Below the pieces are notes generated by a model. It worked only from the letters and a program-made list of their open reading frames with translations. It was not told the DNA's origin and did no database searches. Of a stretch of DNA of 64,000 nt, positions 50,795-64,000 are shown in pieces (position 1 is the first letter of the stretch; each line of letters opens with the position of its first letter). The stretch lies in the NCBI RefSeq assembly GCF_004010195.1, contig NC_057717.1:104002282-104066281 (forward strand), in the 5' to 3' direction. Source of the stretch: Chiloscyllium plagiosum. Its lineage: Eukaryota. The position numbers and the translations under genes are program-made.

Positions 50795-51274
50795 TCCTAT
50801 TGGCTGGGAGCAGAGGCAGTATTTAGTTATATAGGAGGACACAGAGAGAGAGAGAGAGAGTCAAAGTCAGGACTGTTCCCCTGTGGACACGCTGATTCAA
50901 GGAGCCCAGATGAAGGAAAGGCTGAGCCTGTGGACTGGCTAGTGAACTGGTGGGTGAAGATTTCCCAGCGATGATAGACATTGTGGTGGTCCCTCGCAGG
51001 CCGCTTTGATGCATCTGGTGGCAACTTGGAAGGGAGGCGAGTTCGTTTCGATTGCCAACCTGCCTCCCTCAGAAGTTTTCGCGTGTTCGGTTTGCAAAGG
51101 AAACCACAAACAGAGAGAGAGAGAGAGAGAGAGAGTTCCTCTGTTATTTTCCAGCTTGCGTTTTCGGACTGTAGACCGCAGCGTGTGTGTGTGTCAGAGT
51201 GAGGGAGGTACAGTTGTCAATGTGGTCAGCACCCCACAACCCTGCAGTCTGGACGCTCTGCAATTGTCCCTCAG
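50795..51274 (+). promoter_or_regulatory. Possible promoter and non-coding first exon of an unidentified plus-strand gene
   Basis: Inverted CCAAT (attgg ~50799), ttatatag ~50827, TE-free and CpG-richer, CAG|GTAGGA donor at 51274. Confidence 0.3.
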
Positions 51275-54200
51275 GTAGGAACTGCTCCCAGTTTCCCCTC
51301 CCCTACCCCCCCTCCTCACTCTTTCCCCATCTCCTCTAGGATCGAGTTGCTAACTAACCCCCTCTCTCAACAGCACTGTGAGCATAGAGAGAGTCCACTG
51401 CCCACTCTCTGGGCACACCAGTTAGGTGTTCTCAGGCTCCAACCCAGGACAGTTGAGGGGGTGGGGGGGATTCTTTCTAAAGGTCTGGCTTTGTGGGTTT
51501 GGGAAAGAGTTTAGGAACAGGCATCTCTGCAGCCGCAGCTGCCAACAGGGCATTGGAACAGGAGGGTTAAAGGTAGGTGGTTTAGATACAGGAGCTGGAG
51601 TAAATAAAAGGGGACTCCTGTGTCAGTGACAGAGGATTCCCAAGGTTTCTGACACAGGGAGATGAGGGAGAGTCTTCTGCTCTCTACAGTGGGTCGTTGT
51701 GATCCTGAAGGTGACCCCCAAAGCGATCCTTTCAATCGGATTTGTACCTTCTAGGGTTTGACAGGCGATGGGAAAAGAGTGGTGTGGGGTTGGGGAGGGG
51801 GGAGATTGGGAACAGGCAGACTGGCGAAAATAGGAGCTGCCATTACTGTATGTGACTCCTTCCCGCTCACGTTCACTAAAACCAGGTCAGCTCTCTGTTC
51901 ATAGTTCAGTGGGTGGTGCTCACCCCCCACCCCACAACCCCCACAAACCCTCCTTCCCCTCTTCACAAGCCCACCCCCCCCACACACAAACCCTCCTGCC
52001 CCTCCCCACACAGACCACCCCCCACACAANNNNNNNNNNNNNNNNNNNNNNNNNNNNNNNNNNNNNNNNNNNNNNNNNNNNNNNNNNNNNNNNNNNNNNN
52101 NNNNNNNNNNNNNNNNNNNNNNNNNNNNNNNNNNNNNNNNNNNNNNNNNNNNNNNNNNNNNNNNNNNNNNNNNNNNNNNNNNNNNNNNNNNNNNNNNNNN
52201 NNNNNNNNNNNNNNNNNNNNNNNNNNNNNNNNNNNNNNNNNNNNNNNNNNNNNNNNNNNNNNNNNNNNNNNNNNNNNNNNNNNNNNNNNNNNNNNNNNNN
52301 NNNNNNNNNNNNNNNNNNNNNNNNNNNNNNNNNNNNNNNNNNNNNNNNNNNNNNNNNNNNNNNNNNNNNNNNNNNNNNNNNNNNNNNNNNNNNNNNNNNN
52401 NNNNNNNNNNNNNNNNNNNNNNNNNNNNNNNNNNNNNNNNNNNNNNNNNNNNNNNNNNNNNNNNNNNNNNNNNNNNNNNNNNNNNNNNNNNNNNNNNNNN
52501 NNNNNNNNNNNNNNNNNNNNNNNNNNNNNNNNNNNNNNNNNNNNNNNNNNNNNNNNNNNNNNNNNNNNNNNNNNNNNNNNNNNNNNNNNNNNNNNNNNNN
52601 NNNNNNNNNNNNNNNNNNNNNNNNNNNNNNNNNNNNNNNNNNNNNNNNNNNNNNNNNNNNNNNNNNNNNNNNNNNNNNNNNNNNNNNNNNNNNNNNNNNN
52701 NNNNNNNNNNNNNNNNNNNNNNNNNNNNNNNNNNNNNNNNNNNNNNNNNNNNNNNNNNNNNNNNNNNNNNNNNNNNNNNNNNNNNNNNNNNNNNNNNNNN
52801 NNNNCCACAAACCCTCCCACACCTCCCCACACAGCCCACCTCCCTCCAAAGACCTGCAGCTGCAGAATCCTCTTACTCCAGAGAACTGAACACCTCCTCC
52901 AGGCTCAGAGACTTCATTGTATGGAAGGGTCTCTCGACCCGAAACAGTAACTGTGCTTTCTCTCTCCACGGGTGCTGCCAGACCTGCTGAGCTTTTCCAG
53001 CAATTGCTGTGTTTTTGTCTTTGTTTGTTTGCGAGAGATTGAGAGCTCAGGCAGTGCTGAGCTGTCAGAGGCTGCTGTCCCGACCAAAGCCGGTGTCCAG
53101 CCTCTCAGGCAGAGGGAGAAAAATCCTTCAGGGTGAGCCTGAAGGAAAGCAGCGCCTCGTTTCCTGGTCATGATGTGGAGGAGCCAGTGTTGGGCTGGGG
53201 TGGGCAGAGTTTAAAAATCACACCGCACCAGCTTAGAGTCCAACAGGTTTATTTGGAAGCACTAGCTTTCGGAGCGCTGCTCCTTCATCAGGTGGTTGTT
53301 GTATGATTTTTAACTAGTTTCCTGGTGTCCTTGCCAACAATTCTCACTTGAACCGGATTATCAAGTTGTTGAATGTGTGAAGTTGCAGTTTTACATGTCA
53401 TGATGTAAGATTCTACAAGAACAAAAGCTGACAGACTGAGACACACTGTTTGAAATAGTTTGTTGTTTGTGGAATCTTGCTGCATGACAATCACCTTCCC
53501 TATGTCACAACAGGGCACGACCCTTGAAAAGGTATTTAATTGTGGAATGTAGGAATTCGGTGCTACATGAATGCAAGTTCCTTCTGCTGATCCATGACTG
53601 TTTTGGATCTGACAAACCTGCCCCCCCGCCCCCCCCACGGTGAACTGTGCTTGCTGTCCGCAGAATTCGCTTTCATCCTGGTGAGCTGTGCTCAAATCTG
53701 CGCCCACCGTCAAAGCAGAAAATCCCAATGTCAACAGTCACGCTGCAGTTACAGCTGCATGTCTGTGGGGGAGGTGTTGGGGCTCCTTCACCGCCAGAGG
53801 CGTCAAACCCAGCAATTTGCTGGTGAGAGAGACCAGGGGAGTTTTCCACACCCCAAAAGGCGTGGGGTGAAAGTACAGAGTATGTGCTTGTCTGTACTAA
53901 CTGATTTAGTGTTGGGTCTGTAATCTGTATCTTTTTGATGGAGGGGAGAGGGGGGGGGGGATGGAAGGGTGTAATCCTCCTCCCGTTGACAGGCCACTGG
54001 GTGAAAGTTTGATTCTATTGAATCTGAAGTGCACCCCGTGAGCATGATAAAACTCTGCTGTCCCTGTGTAAACACACTTACTCCCCTTTCCTCCTCTTCC
54101 CCCCCCCAGCCCCTCGCTGATTTATTTGGCCCTTGGTCAGACAATCTCTCAATGTTCACACTTTCATCAAATTCATTTCTCAAAGCAAGCCCCAAAGTGC

Positions 54201-55277
54201 ATGCAGTTGGAAGGATTTACAAACTGAGTGAATGTTGAGAGAGGAAGTGATAAGCTCCCTAAACATTCCATTGCTTTTCCAGCAGTTTTTTTGTTAACAC
54301 CTTCACTCTTGTGTTTGAACTCCTGCATGGCCTTCTTGCTCCCCACCCCCCCCCACCCCCTGTCCCCTTTATAATCTCCTCTGGCCCCACAGCCCTCTGA
54401 AATATCTTCACTTTTCTACCTCTGGCCCCTTTTTTAGCATCCCCTTGCTTTAATCTCTCCATTATTACTGCCCGTGCATGAATTTCAAATGCTGGCATTC
54501 CCTCCCTACACTCCTCCACCTCCCCCTGCCTCACTTTCCTCCTTTTTAAGGACACTTCTCAAACCCTCTTCCAACAAGTTTTCAATCACTGTCTCCTTAT
54601 GTGCTGCGCTCTGTTTCTGTGTTGCTGTGAAGTGCCTCTGGATTGTTCATGACATTTGAGGTGCTATATAAATGAAGTTCCAGTGCTGTTGTTATCTTAC
54701 TAACCGTTAAATGGTCCCAAGTATTGGAAGCAGCTACAGATTTGTTTATCTGCGTTGGATCCATTCTAAGGCTCAGCCTTTTAATGGATCAATACAATCA
54801 GTAGGAAAAAAAGGGAAGTAAGGTTTAGGAAAATATTCTGAGAGAGAGAGAGACAAAGGTCTTCACAGAGGGAAGGGTATGGACAGAAAGGAAATAAAGA
54901 CAACTTTGTAAAGAGTGTCAGGGAAACAGAATAGAATGAATGAACAAATGAAAGAAACTGAGATGGCGGAAAGACCAAAGAAATGCAGAAGAATATCAAG
55001 TGAAGTTTACAAAAACTGGCCAAGTACACAGAGCAGAGTAAACAACCTGAAGCGATGAAGTGCAAAGGGAGTGAATGGCAAAAAAAAAGCTAAACAGACA
55101 GGGCAGGGAAATTGGCGCGCACTCCGAGACACACACACATGCTGGTAGATGCAGACACACAAACAGAGAGACACATACTGATCGACGCAGAGAGAGAGAG
55201 ACACATACAGACAGGGTATGGGAACCCATGCATACACCCACTGACATACTCGGAGACATGTGCAGAAACGCATACAG

Positions 55278-55705
55278 GCACACAGAGAAGCAGACACACT
55301 CACAGCTATACGCACAGAGAAGCAGACACACTCAGCTATATGCACAGAGAAGCAGACACACTCAGCTATACGCACAGAGAAGCAGACACACTCACAGCTA
55401 TACGCACAGAGAAGCAGACACACTCACAGCTATATGCACAGAGAAGCAGACACACTCACAGCTATATGCAAGAGAAACAGACACACTCACAGCTATATGC
55501 ACAGAGAAACAGACACACTCACAGCTATACGCACAGAGAAGCAGACACACTCACAGCTATACGCACAGAGAAACAGACACACTCACAGCTATACGCACAG
55601 AGAAACAGGCACACTCACAGCTATACGCACAGAGAAGCAGACACACTCACAGCTATACGCACAGAGAAACAGACACACTCACAGCTATACGCACAGAGAA
55701 ACCGA
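55278..55705. repeat. 32-bp minisatellite (gcacagagaagcagacacactcacagctatac)
   Basis: About 13 tandem units, some 30 bp. Confidence 0.9.
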
Positions 55706-57720
55706 CACATGCACACTCCGAAATAGGCACGCACACACACGTCAGGATCCTTTTAATGGATCCATACAATCAGCAGGAAAAGAGAGGGGAAAATGAGGCT
55801 CAGGAAAATCTTTTCTAGAGAGAGAGAGAGAAACCTCTGAGCTGCCTAATTCAGCCACTGTGCAACTTGAGTTTCCTTCATGATCCACAGTGAGCTGACT
55901 GACCATCCCTAGTTGCCCCTCAGAAGGTGGTGGTGAGCTGAGTTTGTGAACTGCTGAAGTCCAGGGGGTATAGGGACACCCGCAAGTGCTTAGGGAGGGA
56001 ATTCCAGGATTTTTGACCCAGCAACAATGAAGGAATGATCATATGAGCATACAAACTTCAGAATCAAGAACAGGATCGGGCCATTTAGTGCTTTGGCCCT
56101 GCTATACCGTTCAGTAGGACCATGAAGTATTCTGGTGTAACCTCAAACCTGCCTCACGGCCTATCCCTGATAGCCTTTCACCGCCCGCTCCCCCCCCCCC
56201 AAGCTTAACAAGAATCCATCTATCTCTGCCTTAAACATATTGGGAGAATCCCACTTTCACCAATACTTTCAGGAACAGACTTCCCAACATTCATCACTTT
56301 CTGAGAGAAAGCCTTTTGCCTCATCTCTGTTTTAATTGGCCAACCTTCAATTATTAAACAGTGACCCCTAATTCCAGACTCTCCGATAGCAGGAAGCATC
56401 CTGTCCATATTCACCTGGTCAGGACCCCTCAGGATCTTATCTGTTTCAAACAAGACACCCTGCCTCCAATGGATACAGGCCTGGCCTGTCCACTCTTTCC
56501 TCATAAGGTACCCGTCAATTCCAGGTTTGAGTCAAGAAACAGCTTTTATGAACAAAGTCAGAAATTTGTTGGAAAAGCTCAGCAAGTCTGGCAGCGTCCG
56601 TGGGAAGAAATCACAGTTAACATTTCGGGTTGAGTGACCCTCCTTCAGAACTGATAGTAGCTGGGAAAATGTTGCTTTATGTACAGAAATCCTGAAGGAG
56701 ACAGAGGAGCAGAACTACTTGAAGGTGGACATGCCTAGAAGAAATGTCGTAGTGAGTTAAATACTAAATAAAAACCAGTAGAGAACTGTGGATGCTGTAA
56801 ATCAGGAACAAAAACAGAAATAGTTGGAAAAGCTCCGCAGGTCTGTCAGCATCTGTGGAGAGAAATCAGAGTTAACGTTTCAGGTCCAGTGACCCTTCCT
56901 CAGAGTAATGATAGCTGGGGAAAGGTCTTTTATGAACGGCTTCCTATCTAATAATATCTCCCTCAATAATTTGGAGATGCCGGTGTTGGACTGGGGTGGA
57001 CAAAGTTTAAAAAAATCACACAACACCAGGTTATAGTCCAACAGGTTTAATTGGAAGCTAATAGGAATAACCTCCTTATTCCTGGATTCCATTCTTTTCC
57101 TGATGAATGAATGATAAAATTCCATTAAATTATTATTGGCTGGAACTGCATTTGAAACTGTTTGAGGTCCCGCTGCATCTCAAAGCTTAGCAATCTCCCC
57201 TTACCGTATTTAAATAATACACTACGTTTTATTCTTTCTGCTGAAGTAGGTAGTTACATTTTTTTCCTGCTAAAATACATTTTTCCGTGCGTGCTCCATC
57301 CATTTGGTTTGATTTATTGTTGTCACGTGTACCTGAGTACAGTGAAACGTTCAGTTTTGTGAGCAGTACAGGCAGATCATAACAAACAAGGACACACAGA
57401 CCATGGGTGCTCAGACAGAGCGAGGGTTGCAGGGTTATAGCTAAGCAGGAGGTGCACTATTCAAGATCAAGAAATTGTCAATATCTTTTTGTAATGTCCT
57501 TGTGTGCTCGTCACAATTTACTTTCTGACCTATCTCTGTGTCATTAGTAAACTTGGCAGTCATTCATTCAGTGTGTATATCCAGAAAATGTTATATCAAT
57601 TGCAGAGCTGTGTTTTTTACTTGCTGCAATAGTTTTCAATGTGGTATCTTACCAAGTGCCTTTTGGAAATCTGGAAATTGAACATCTATTGGTTCCCCTT
57701 TAACCACAGCATGTTATCTT

Positions 57721-58031
57721 CATGGTGGCTCAGTGGTTAGCACTGCTCCCTCACAGCACCAAGGTCCCAGGTTCAATTCCAGCCTCGGGTGACTGTCTGT
57801 GTGGAGTTTGCACGTTCTCCCCGTGTCTGCGTGGGTTTCCTCCGGGTGCTCCGGTTTCCTCCTACAGTCCAAAGATGTGCAGGTTATGGTGGATTGGCCG
57901 TGCTAAATTGTCCGCAGTGTTAGGTACATCATTCAGAGGGAAATGGAACTGGGTGGGTTACTCTTCAAAGGGTTGGTGTGGGCTTGGTGGGCCGAAGAGT
58001 CTGTTCCCACACTGTAGGGAATCTAATCTAA
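57721..58031 (+). mobile_element. HE1-type SINE
   Basis: Head, V-domain and aatctaatct tail. Confidence 0.9.
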
Positions 58032-59104
58032 AAAACTCCAGGAGATTGGTGCAACTTAGAATGGTGATTGGCCTGCAGGGGAAAGGAGAGAGATTTTTTT
58101 TAAAAAGAAAGACATGGGGCAAATTTTCCAGGAGTGGTTTTCCCCTGTTCCTGCTACCCTCGTCCTTCAAGAAAGTAGAGATCGTGGGTTTGGAAAGTGC
58201 TGTGAAAGGAGCTTCCCATTTGTTGCTGTGCATCTTGTAGACAGTAGACACCGCAGCCACTGAGTGTTGGTGCTGGAGGGAGTGGATGCTTGGGGATGTG
58301 GTGCCAGTCAGGTGACTGCTTGGTCCTGGGTGGTGTCAAGCTTCTAGAGTATTTCGTCATGGTCATTGTGATCAGTCCAGTCACAGGTTACTGGTAACGT
58401 AGATCACGTAAAGGCACCATTGTCCCACTCAACAGAGAGATGACTGGTGATAGTTCAACCTGAGGATTGAGGTTGTGAAAGGGAGTCTTTTGTGGTTACC
58501 TCAGCTAGTGTGGGATTTGAACCCGGAGTTAGTCATCGAGATGTACCGCATGGAAACTGACCCTTTGGTCCAACTTGTCCATGCTGACCCGGCATCCCAA
58601 TCTGACCTTGTCCCATCTGCCAGCATCTGACCCATATCCCTCTAAACCCTTCCTATTATCAACATCTCTCTGCATCACAAACCAGTCTCCAGCTAATTGA
58701 TTCCCTAGTAAAGTGGGTAATATAGCAAAAACTTGTACAAGCAGCAAGGCAATGAATGATCCGATAATCTGTTTTTAAATGTTGATTTCAGGATAAATAT
58801 TGGCCAGGACATTGGTGAGAGAATTCCCCCCCTTCCCCCCTTCTTTTACAAATAACACCATCTGCCTCCGAGATAGTGCCTTGGTTTAATCTTCCATTTG
58901 AAAGACAGCCCCTTGTGACAGTGCAGCACTCCTTCAGCGTTGCTCCATCAGGAGTGTTAGCCTCTGGTGGCGCAGGGAAGTCATAGAGTCATACAGCACG
59001 GAAACAGACCCTTCGGTCCATCCAGTCCATGCTGACCCTAATCCCAAACTAAACCAGTCCCACCTGCCAGCTCCTGGCCCGTATCCCTCCAAACCTTTCC
59101 TGTT

Positions 59105-62100
59105 GTGACTCTGAAGGGAAGTGGGGGGAGAATAGAAAAGTGCTAGTGGTAGGAGAGTCAGTAGTTAGATGGGTGGTCTTGGATGGGATTCCCGGAAGCT
59201 ACGTTGCCTCCCAGGTGCCAGGGTCCGGGATGTCTCTGATTGAGTCTACAAGATGCTGAAGGGGGGAGGGTGAGCAGCCAGAAGTCATGGTGCACATTGG
59301 CACCACTGGCGTAGTCTGCAAAAGGATGAAGGTCTAACAAGTGATTTCAGGGAGTATCAGGGATAAGCAGAGTAGTAATCTCAGGATTGCTACCGGTACC
59401 ACGTGCGAGTGAGGCGAGGAACAGAGAGCGACTGCAGCTAAACACGTGGCTAACAGGGCTGGTGCAGGAGGGAGGGCTTCAGATACATAGATCATTGGGG
59501 TACCGTCTGGGGAAGGTGGGACCTGTACATGAAGGACGGGTTGTACTTAAACTGGAGGGGCACTAGTGTCCTGAATGGGAGATTTGCTAGAGCTCTTCGG
59601 GAGGGTTTAAATTAGTTTGGCAGGGGGATGGGAATCCGAGCTACAGATCAGAGGAGAGGGTAATTGGTGAACGGACAGAAATAGAACGCAGAGAGTCTGG
59701 CAGGAAGGATACACAGTTGATGGGTTAGAGTGTCTGTTTCAATGCAAGGAGTGTCAGGAATAAGAGATGAACTTACACCATGGATCAGTACTTGGAAATA
59801 CGATGCTGTGGCCATAATGGAGACATGGATTTCACTGGGGTAGGAACAGTTGCCGGATGTTTCAGGGTTTAGGTCTTTTAAAAACAATGAGGGGAGTGAA
59901 AGTGGAGGGGGATGGCATCACAGCTGCAGAAAAGAAGGTTGTTGAGGAAGAGTGGACGTCAGTAACAGGAAAGGAACAGTCACCGAATTTTTCTATAGAC
60001 GCCCCAATAGCAGCAGAAAGATGGAAGGACAGATTGGATAAAAGATCTTGGAGAGGTGCAGATGTAACAGAGTTATTGTCACGAGTTCCCCAATATTGAT
60101 TGGAACCTCCTTAGTGCAGATGTTCTGGATGGAGGCAGTTTTTTGTCAAGTTTTTCCAGGAGGGATTCCTGACTCAATATGTCGATAGGCTGACTGGGGG
60201 GGGGAGGCGGCCATATTGGATTTGATGCTAGGCAATGAACCAGGTCAGGTGTCAGATCTCTCGATGGGAGGGCATTTCGGTGACAGTGACCACAACCACC
60301 TCACCTTTTCCATTGTCATGGAGAGGGATAGCAGTAGACAGTGTGGGAAGCTATTTAATTGGGGGAGGGGAAATTATACTGCGATTAGACAGGAGCTGTG
60401 GAGTATAAATTGGGGACAACTGTTTTACAGGAAAGGCACCACAGAAATGTGGAGGCTGTTGAAGGAGCGCTTGTTGTGAGTGTTGGATAACCTTGTCCCA
60501 CTGAGACAGGCAAGGAATGGTAAAGTGAAGGAGCCTTGGATGACAAGACAAGAGGGGCTTCTCTTCAAGAGAAAGAAGGAAGCTTACTTAAGATTAATGA
60601 GGCAAAGATCTGGCACAGCTTTAGAGGATTGCAGGATAGCTAGGAAAGAACTTCAAAAGTGGACTGAGGACAGCTAGGAGGGGCACGAGAAAGCCTTGGT
60701 GGGAAGGATTAGAGAAAACCCAAAGGCGTCCTTCACGTAGGTGAGGAATAAGAAAATGGTCAGAGAGGGTAGGGTCTATCAGGGATGGTGGAGGGAACTA
60801 TGAAGAGGTAGGGGAGGCCCTAAATGAGTTTTTTGCTTCAGCATTCACTAGAGAGAGACCTTGTTAATAGTGAAGACAGCATGAACCAGGTTAATAGGCC
60901 TGAACGATTGATATTAAGGAAGTGGATGTGCTGAAAATGCTGAAGAATCAAGATAGATGGTCGGACTGAGATATCTGAGGTTACTACGGGAAGCGAGGAA
61001 TGAGATTGCTGTGCCTCTGGCGATGATCTTTGCATCCTCCCTCTCCACGGGAGTAGTACCAGCTGATTCGAGGGAGGCAAATGTTCTGCTGTTCAAGAAA
61101 GGGAATAGGGAAATCCCTGGGAATTACAGACCAGTCAGTCTTACTGGTCCAAAGATGCGCAGGTTAGGGTGAATTGGCCATGCTAAATTGCCCGTAGTGT
61201 TCCAGGGTGTGTAGGTGCATTAGTCAGGGGTAAATGTAGGATATTAGGGTAGGGGAGTGGGTCTGGGTGTGCTAAATTGCCCGTAGTGTTCCAGGGTGTG
61301 TAGGTGCATTAGTCAGGGGTAATGTAGGATATTAGGGTAGGGGAGTGGGTCTGGGTGGGTTACCCTTCAGAGGGTTGGTGTGGACTTGGGCCAAAGGGCC
61401 TGTTTCGACACTCTAGGGATTCTGTTTCTATTCTATTACGTCTTTGGTAAGGAAAGGATTCTGAGAGATAGGATGTATGACTATTTGGAAAAACATAGTT
61501 TGATTAAAGATAGTCAGCATGGCTTTGTGAGGGGCAGGTCATCCCTCCCAAGCCTTATTGATGAAGGTTGAGCAGTGGATGTGGTGTCAGTGGATTTCAG
61601 TAAGGTATTTGATAAGGTTCCCCATGGTAGGCTCATTCAGAAAGTTAGGATTGGGATACAGGGAAATATGGCTATCTGGGTACGGAATTGGCTGGCCAAA
61701 AGAAGACAGCGAGTGGTAGATGATGTAAAGTATTCCGACTGGAGCTCGGTGACCAGTGGTGTCCTGCAGGGATCTGTTCTTGGGCCTCTGCTCTTTGTAG
61801 TGTTTGTAAATGACTTGGATGAGGAAGTGGAAGGCGGGTTAGTAAGTTTGCCGATGACACAAAAAGGTCGGTGGTGTTGTAGACCATGTCGAGGGCTATT
61901 ATAGGCTGCAATATGTCATTGACACAATGCAGAGCTGAGCTGAGAAGTGGCAGATGGAGGTCAACCTGGTCAAATTTGAATGCTGAATACAGGGTTAAAG
62001 ACAGGATTCTTGGAAATGTGAAGGAACAGTGGGATCTTGGGGTCCATGTACATAGATCCCTCAAAATTGCCACCCAAGTTTATATGGTTAAGAAGGCATA

Positions 62101-62840
62101 TGGTGTTTTGGCCTCATTAACAGGGGGATTGAGTTTAAGAGCCGTGAGGTTTTGCTGCAGCTCTACAAGTCCCTGGTGAAATCACACTTGGAATATTGTG
62201 TCCAGTTCTAGTCACCTCATTATGGGAAGGATGTAGATGCTTTAGAGCGGGTGCAGAGGAGATTTCCCAGAATGCGACCTGGATTAGAGAGCATGTCTTA
62301 TGAAGAGAGGTTGAGTGAGCTCTGGTTTTTCACACTGGAGAGAAGGAAGGGAGGTGACTTGGTTGGGGTGTACGGGGTAATGAGAGGCATAGATAGCCAG
62401 AGATTTTCCCTAGGGCAGAAATGGCTGTCGTGAGGGGTCATTATTGTGAGGTGATTGGAGAGAGGTAGAGGGGAGATGTCAGAGGTAGGTTCTTTATGCA
62501 GAGAGTGGTGGGTGCATGGAATGCACTGCCAGCCGGTGGTGGTGGAGCTGGAGACATTAGGGACACTTAAGCGACTGCTGGACAAGCACATGGACGGCAG
62601 TAAATTGAGGGGTGAGTAGGTTAGGTTGACCTTAGATTGAGATAAATGCTCAGCACAATGGAATGCACTGCCAGCCGGTGGTGGTGGAGCTGGAGACATT
62701 AGGGACACTTAAGCGACTGCTGGACAAGCACATGGACGGCAGTAAATTGAGGGGTGAGTAGGTTAGGCTGACCTTAGATTGAGATAAATGCTCGGCACAA
62801 CATCGTGGGCCGAAGGGCCTGTACTGTTCTATGTTCTACT
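59105..62840 (+). mobile_element. Near-full-length decayed CR1 LINE (ORF1 SGNH esterase; ORF2 APE + RT)
   Basis: ORF1 VGESVVR, CLPGARV, VHIGT, DGLYLNWRG. ORF2 [34 protein letters not shown]. Many frameshifts. Confidence 0.9.
61147..61435 (+). mobile_element. 5'-truncated HE1 SINE in the CR1 RT region, with ~89-bp tandem duplication
   Basis: 61181-61269 is repeated at 61270-61357. Confidence 0.85.
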
Positions 62841-63265
62841 CATGTATCCATCCAAATGTCTTTTAAACATTGTAATTATACCCATGTCCACCACTTCCTC
62901 ACGGGGTGGGGGGTGAAGAGAGGAGGGAGGAATTTGCCTCATGTCTTTTTAAAATTCCTCTCCTCTCACCTGTTTAAAAATATGCCCCTTAGTCTCGAAA
63001 TTTCCCATCCTAGGGAAAAGACAACTGCCACTAACTCTATCTGTAGATCTCATTATTTTATAAATTTCTATTGGGTCGCCCCTCAACCTCCTACTCTCCA
63101 GTGGAAAATAGTCCCTGCCTCTCCTTTTTAGCTCAAACCTTCCATTCCTAGCAAGGTCCTGGTAAATCTCTTCTGAACCCTCTGCAGCTCAATAATAATC
63201 TTTCTATAACGGGGCGGCCAGAAATGGACTTGGTACTCCAGAGGAGGCCTCACTAACGTCCTGTC
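62840..63265 (-). mobile_element. CR1 LINE fragment, opposite strand
   Basis: gtgaggcctcctctggagtac and a frame-broken ORF2 end on the minus strand. Confidence 0.75.
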
Positions 63266-64000
63266 CTGGGAGATTGACGGATGTCACAGCTATTTCCTGA
63301 AGTCAGCAACATTGCAATCTCCTGCTCAGATCAACAGGAAAGCCAACACTGGACTGAGCTCAGTGTTTCCATTTTTAACCTGCTCTGGCATATGAATGTC
63401 AACATTTAAACAGATAAAATAACCAGGAGTAGGTACTCGTGTGTTAAATGGAGTGGATGCAGAGAGTCAATAAAGGGGATCTGTTTCCAGTAAAGTGGGG
63501 GAGGGGGGGGGGGGCATGAGTGTCTTAACTAATGGACAGTGTTTTCAGGAGATTAATAAAAACACCAGAGTGATCAGGACAATTTTTAGTTTCTGACTAG
63601 CAATGAGTTTTCTGAAAAGTGGTTCCAGAAGGTTCAATAACTGTACCAAAAAGCAAAATTTTGCTGGTCTATGGCCAGTCGGCGTGTGTGTTGTGTGTAA
63701 CGTTGTCACAGCCAGAGGTCTACGGCAGATCAAAAGTCCCTTTGGCCCTTCGGTGCTGCACTGGTCAAAAACAGCCACCTACCTCTTCTAACCCCACCTT
63801 CCAGCACCTGGTCCAAACCCTTGTATGCCTTAGTGAATGGGTTAGCTCTTTCAAAGGGCTGGGGCAAATACTGTGGGCAGAATGGCTTACTACTTTGCAT
63901 GTTTAACGTTGGAAGCAGTTCAGAGATGGTTCACTTGACTGATCCCTGCCACAAAGGGGTTTATCTCATGAGGAAAAGGTGGACAGACAGTGTGTCTTGG

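Noticed and set aside
47449..52969. ORFs of 180-360 aa containing X runs
   Set aside because: They are artefacts of N-gaps.
53288..53734. 148-aa minus-strand ORF
   Set aside because: No recognisable motif or clear exon boundaries, and it ends in a Penelope fragment.
54996..55818. ORFs of 110-247 aa
   Set aside because: They come from a minisatellite and low-complexity CA/GA sequence.

Overview
This is eukaryotic, repeat-rich DNA from a cartilaginous fish, judged from its HE1-type SINEs, CR1/HER1-type LINEs and Penelope-like elements. It contains several N-gaps. I can identify no intact protein-coding gene. The main result is that the unique DNA between the transposons on the minus strand, from ~41,233 down to ~1,120, translates into about 20 peptide blocks. 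These align in correct N-to-C order with nearly the whole GREB1/GREB1L protein: the N-terminal YAGQ/IFSQLYLE motifs, the circularly permuted SF2-helicase-like region and the C-terminal TAGT glycosyltransferase region. The copy is extremely divergent. It keeps many phase-consistent splice sites but has frameshifts, stops and transposons inside former coding sequence, so it reads as a fossil (pseudogenised) additional GREB1-family gene. The alignment was done by eye against human sequences recalled from memory and needs tBLASTn/HMM confirmation. Also present are a near-full-length decayed CR1 LINE, solo-LTR-like elements, dispersed Penelope hammerhead-ribozyme motifs, three minisatellites (two TE-derived) and a possible plus-strand promoter/first exon near 50.8-51.3 kb.
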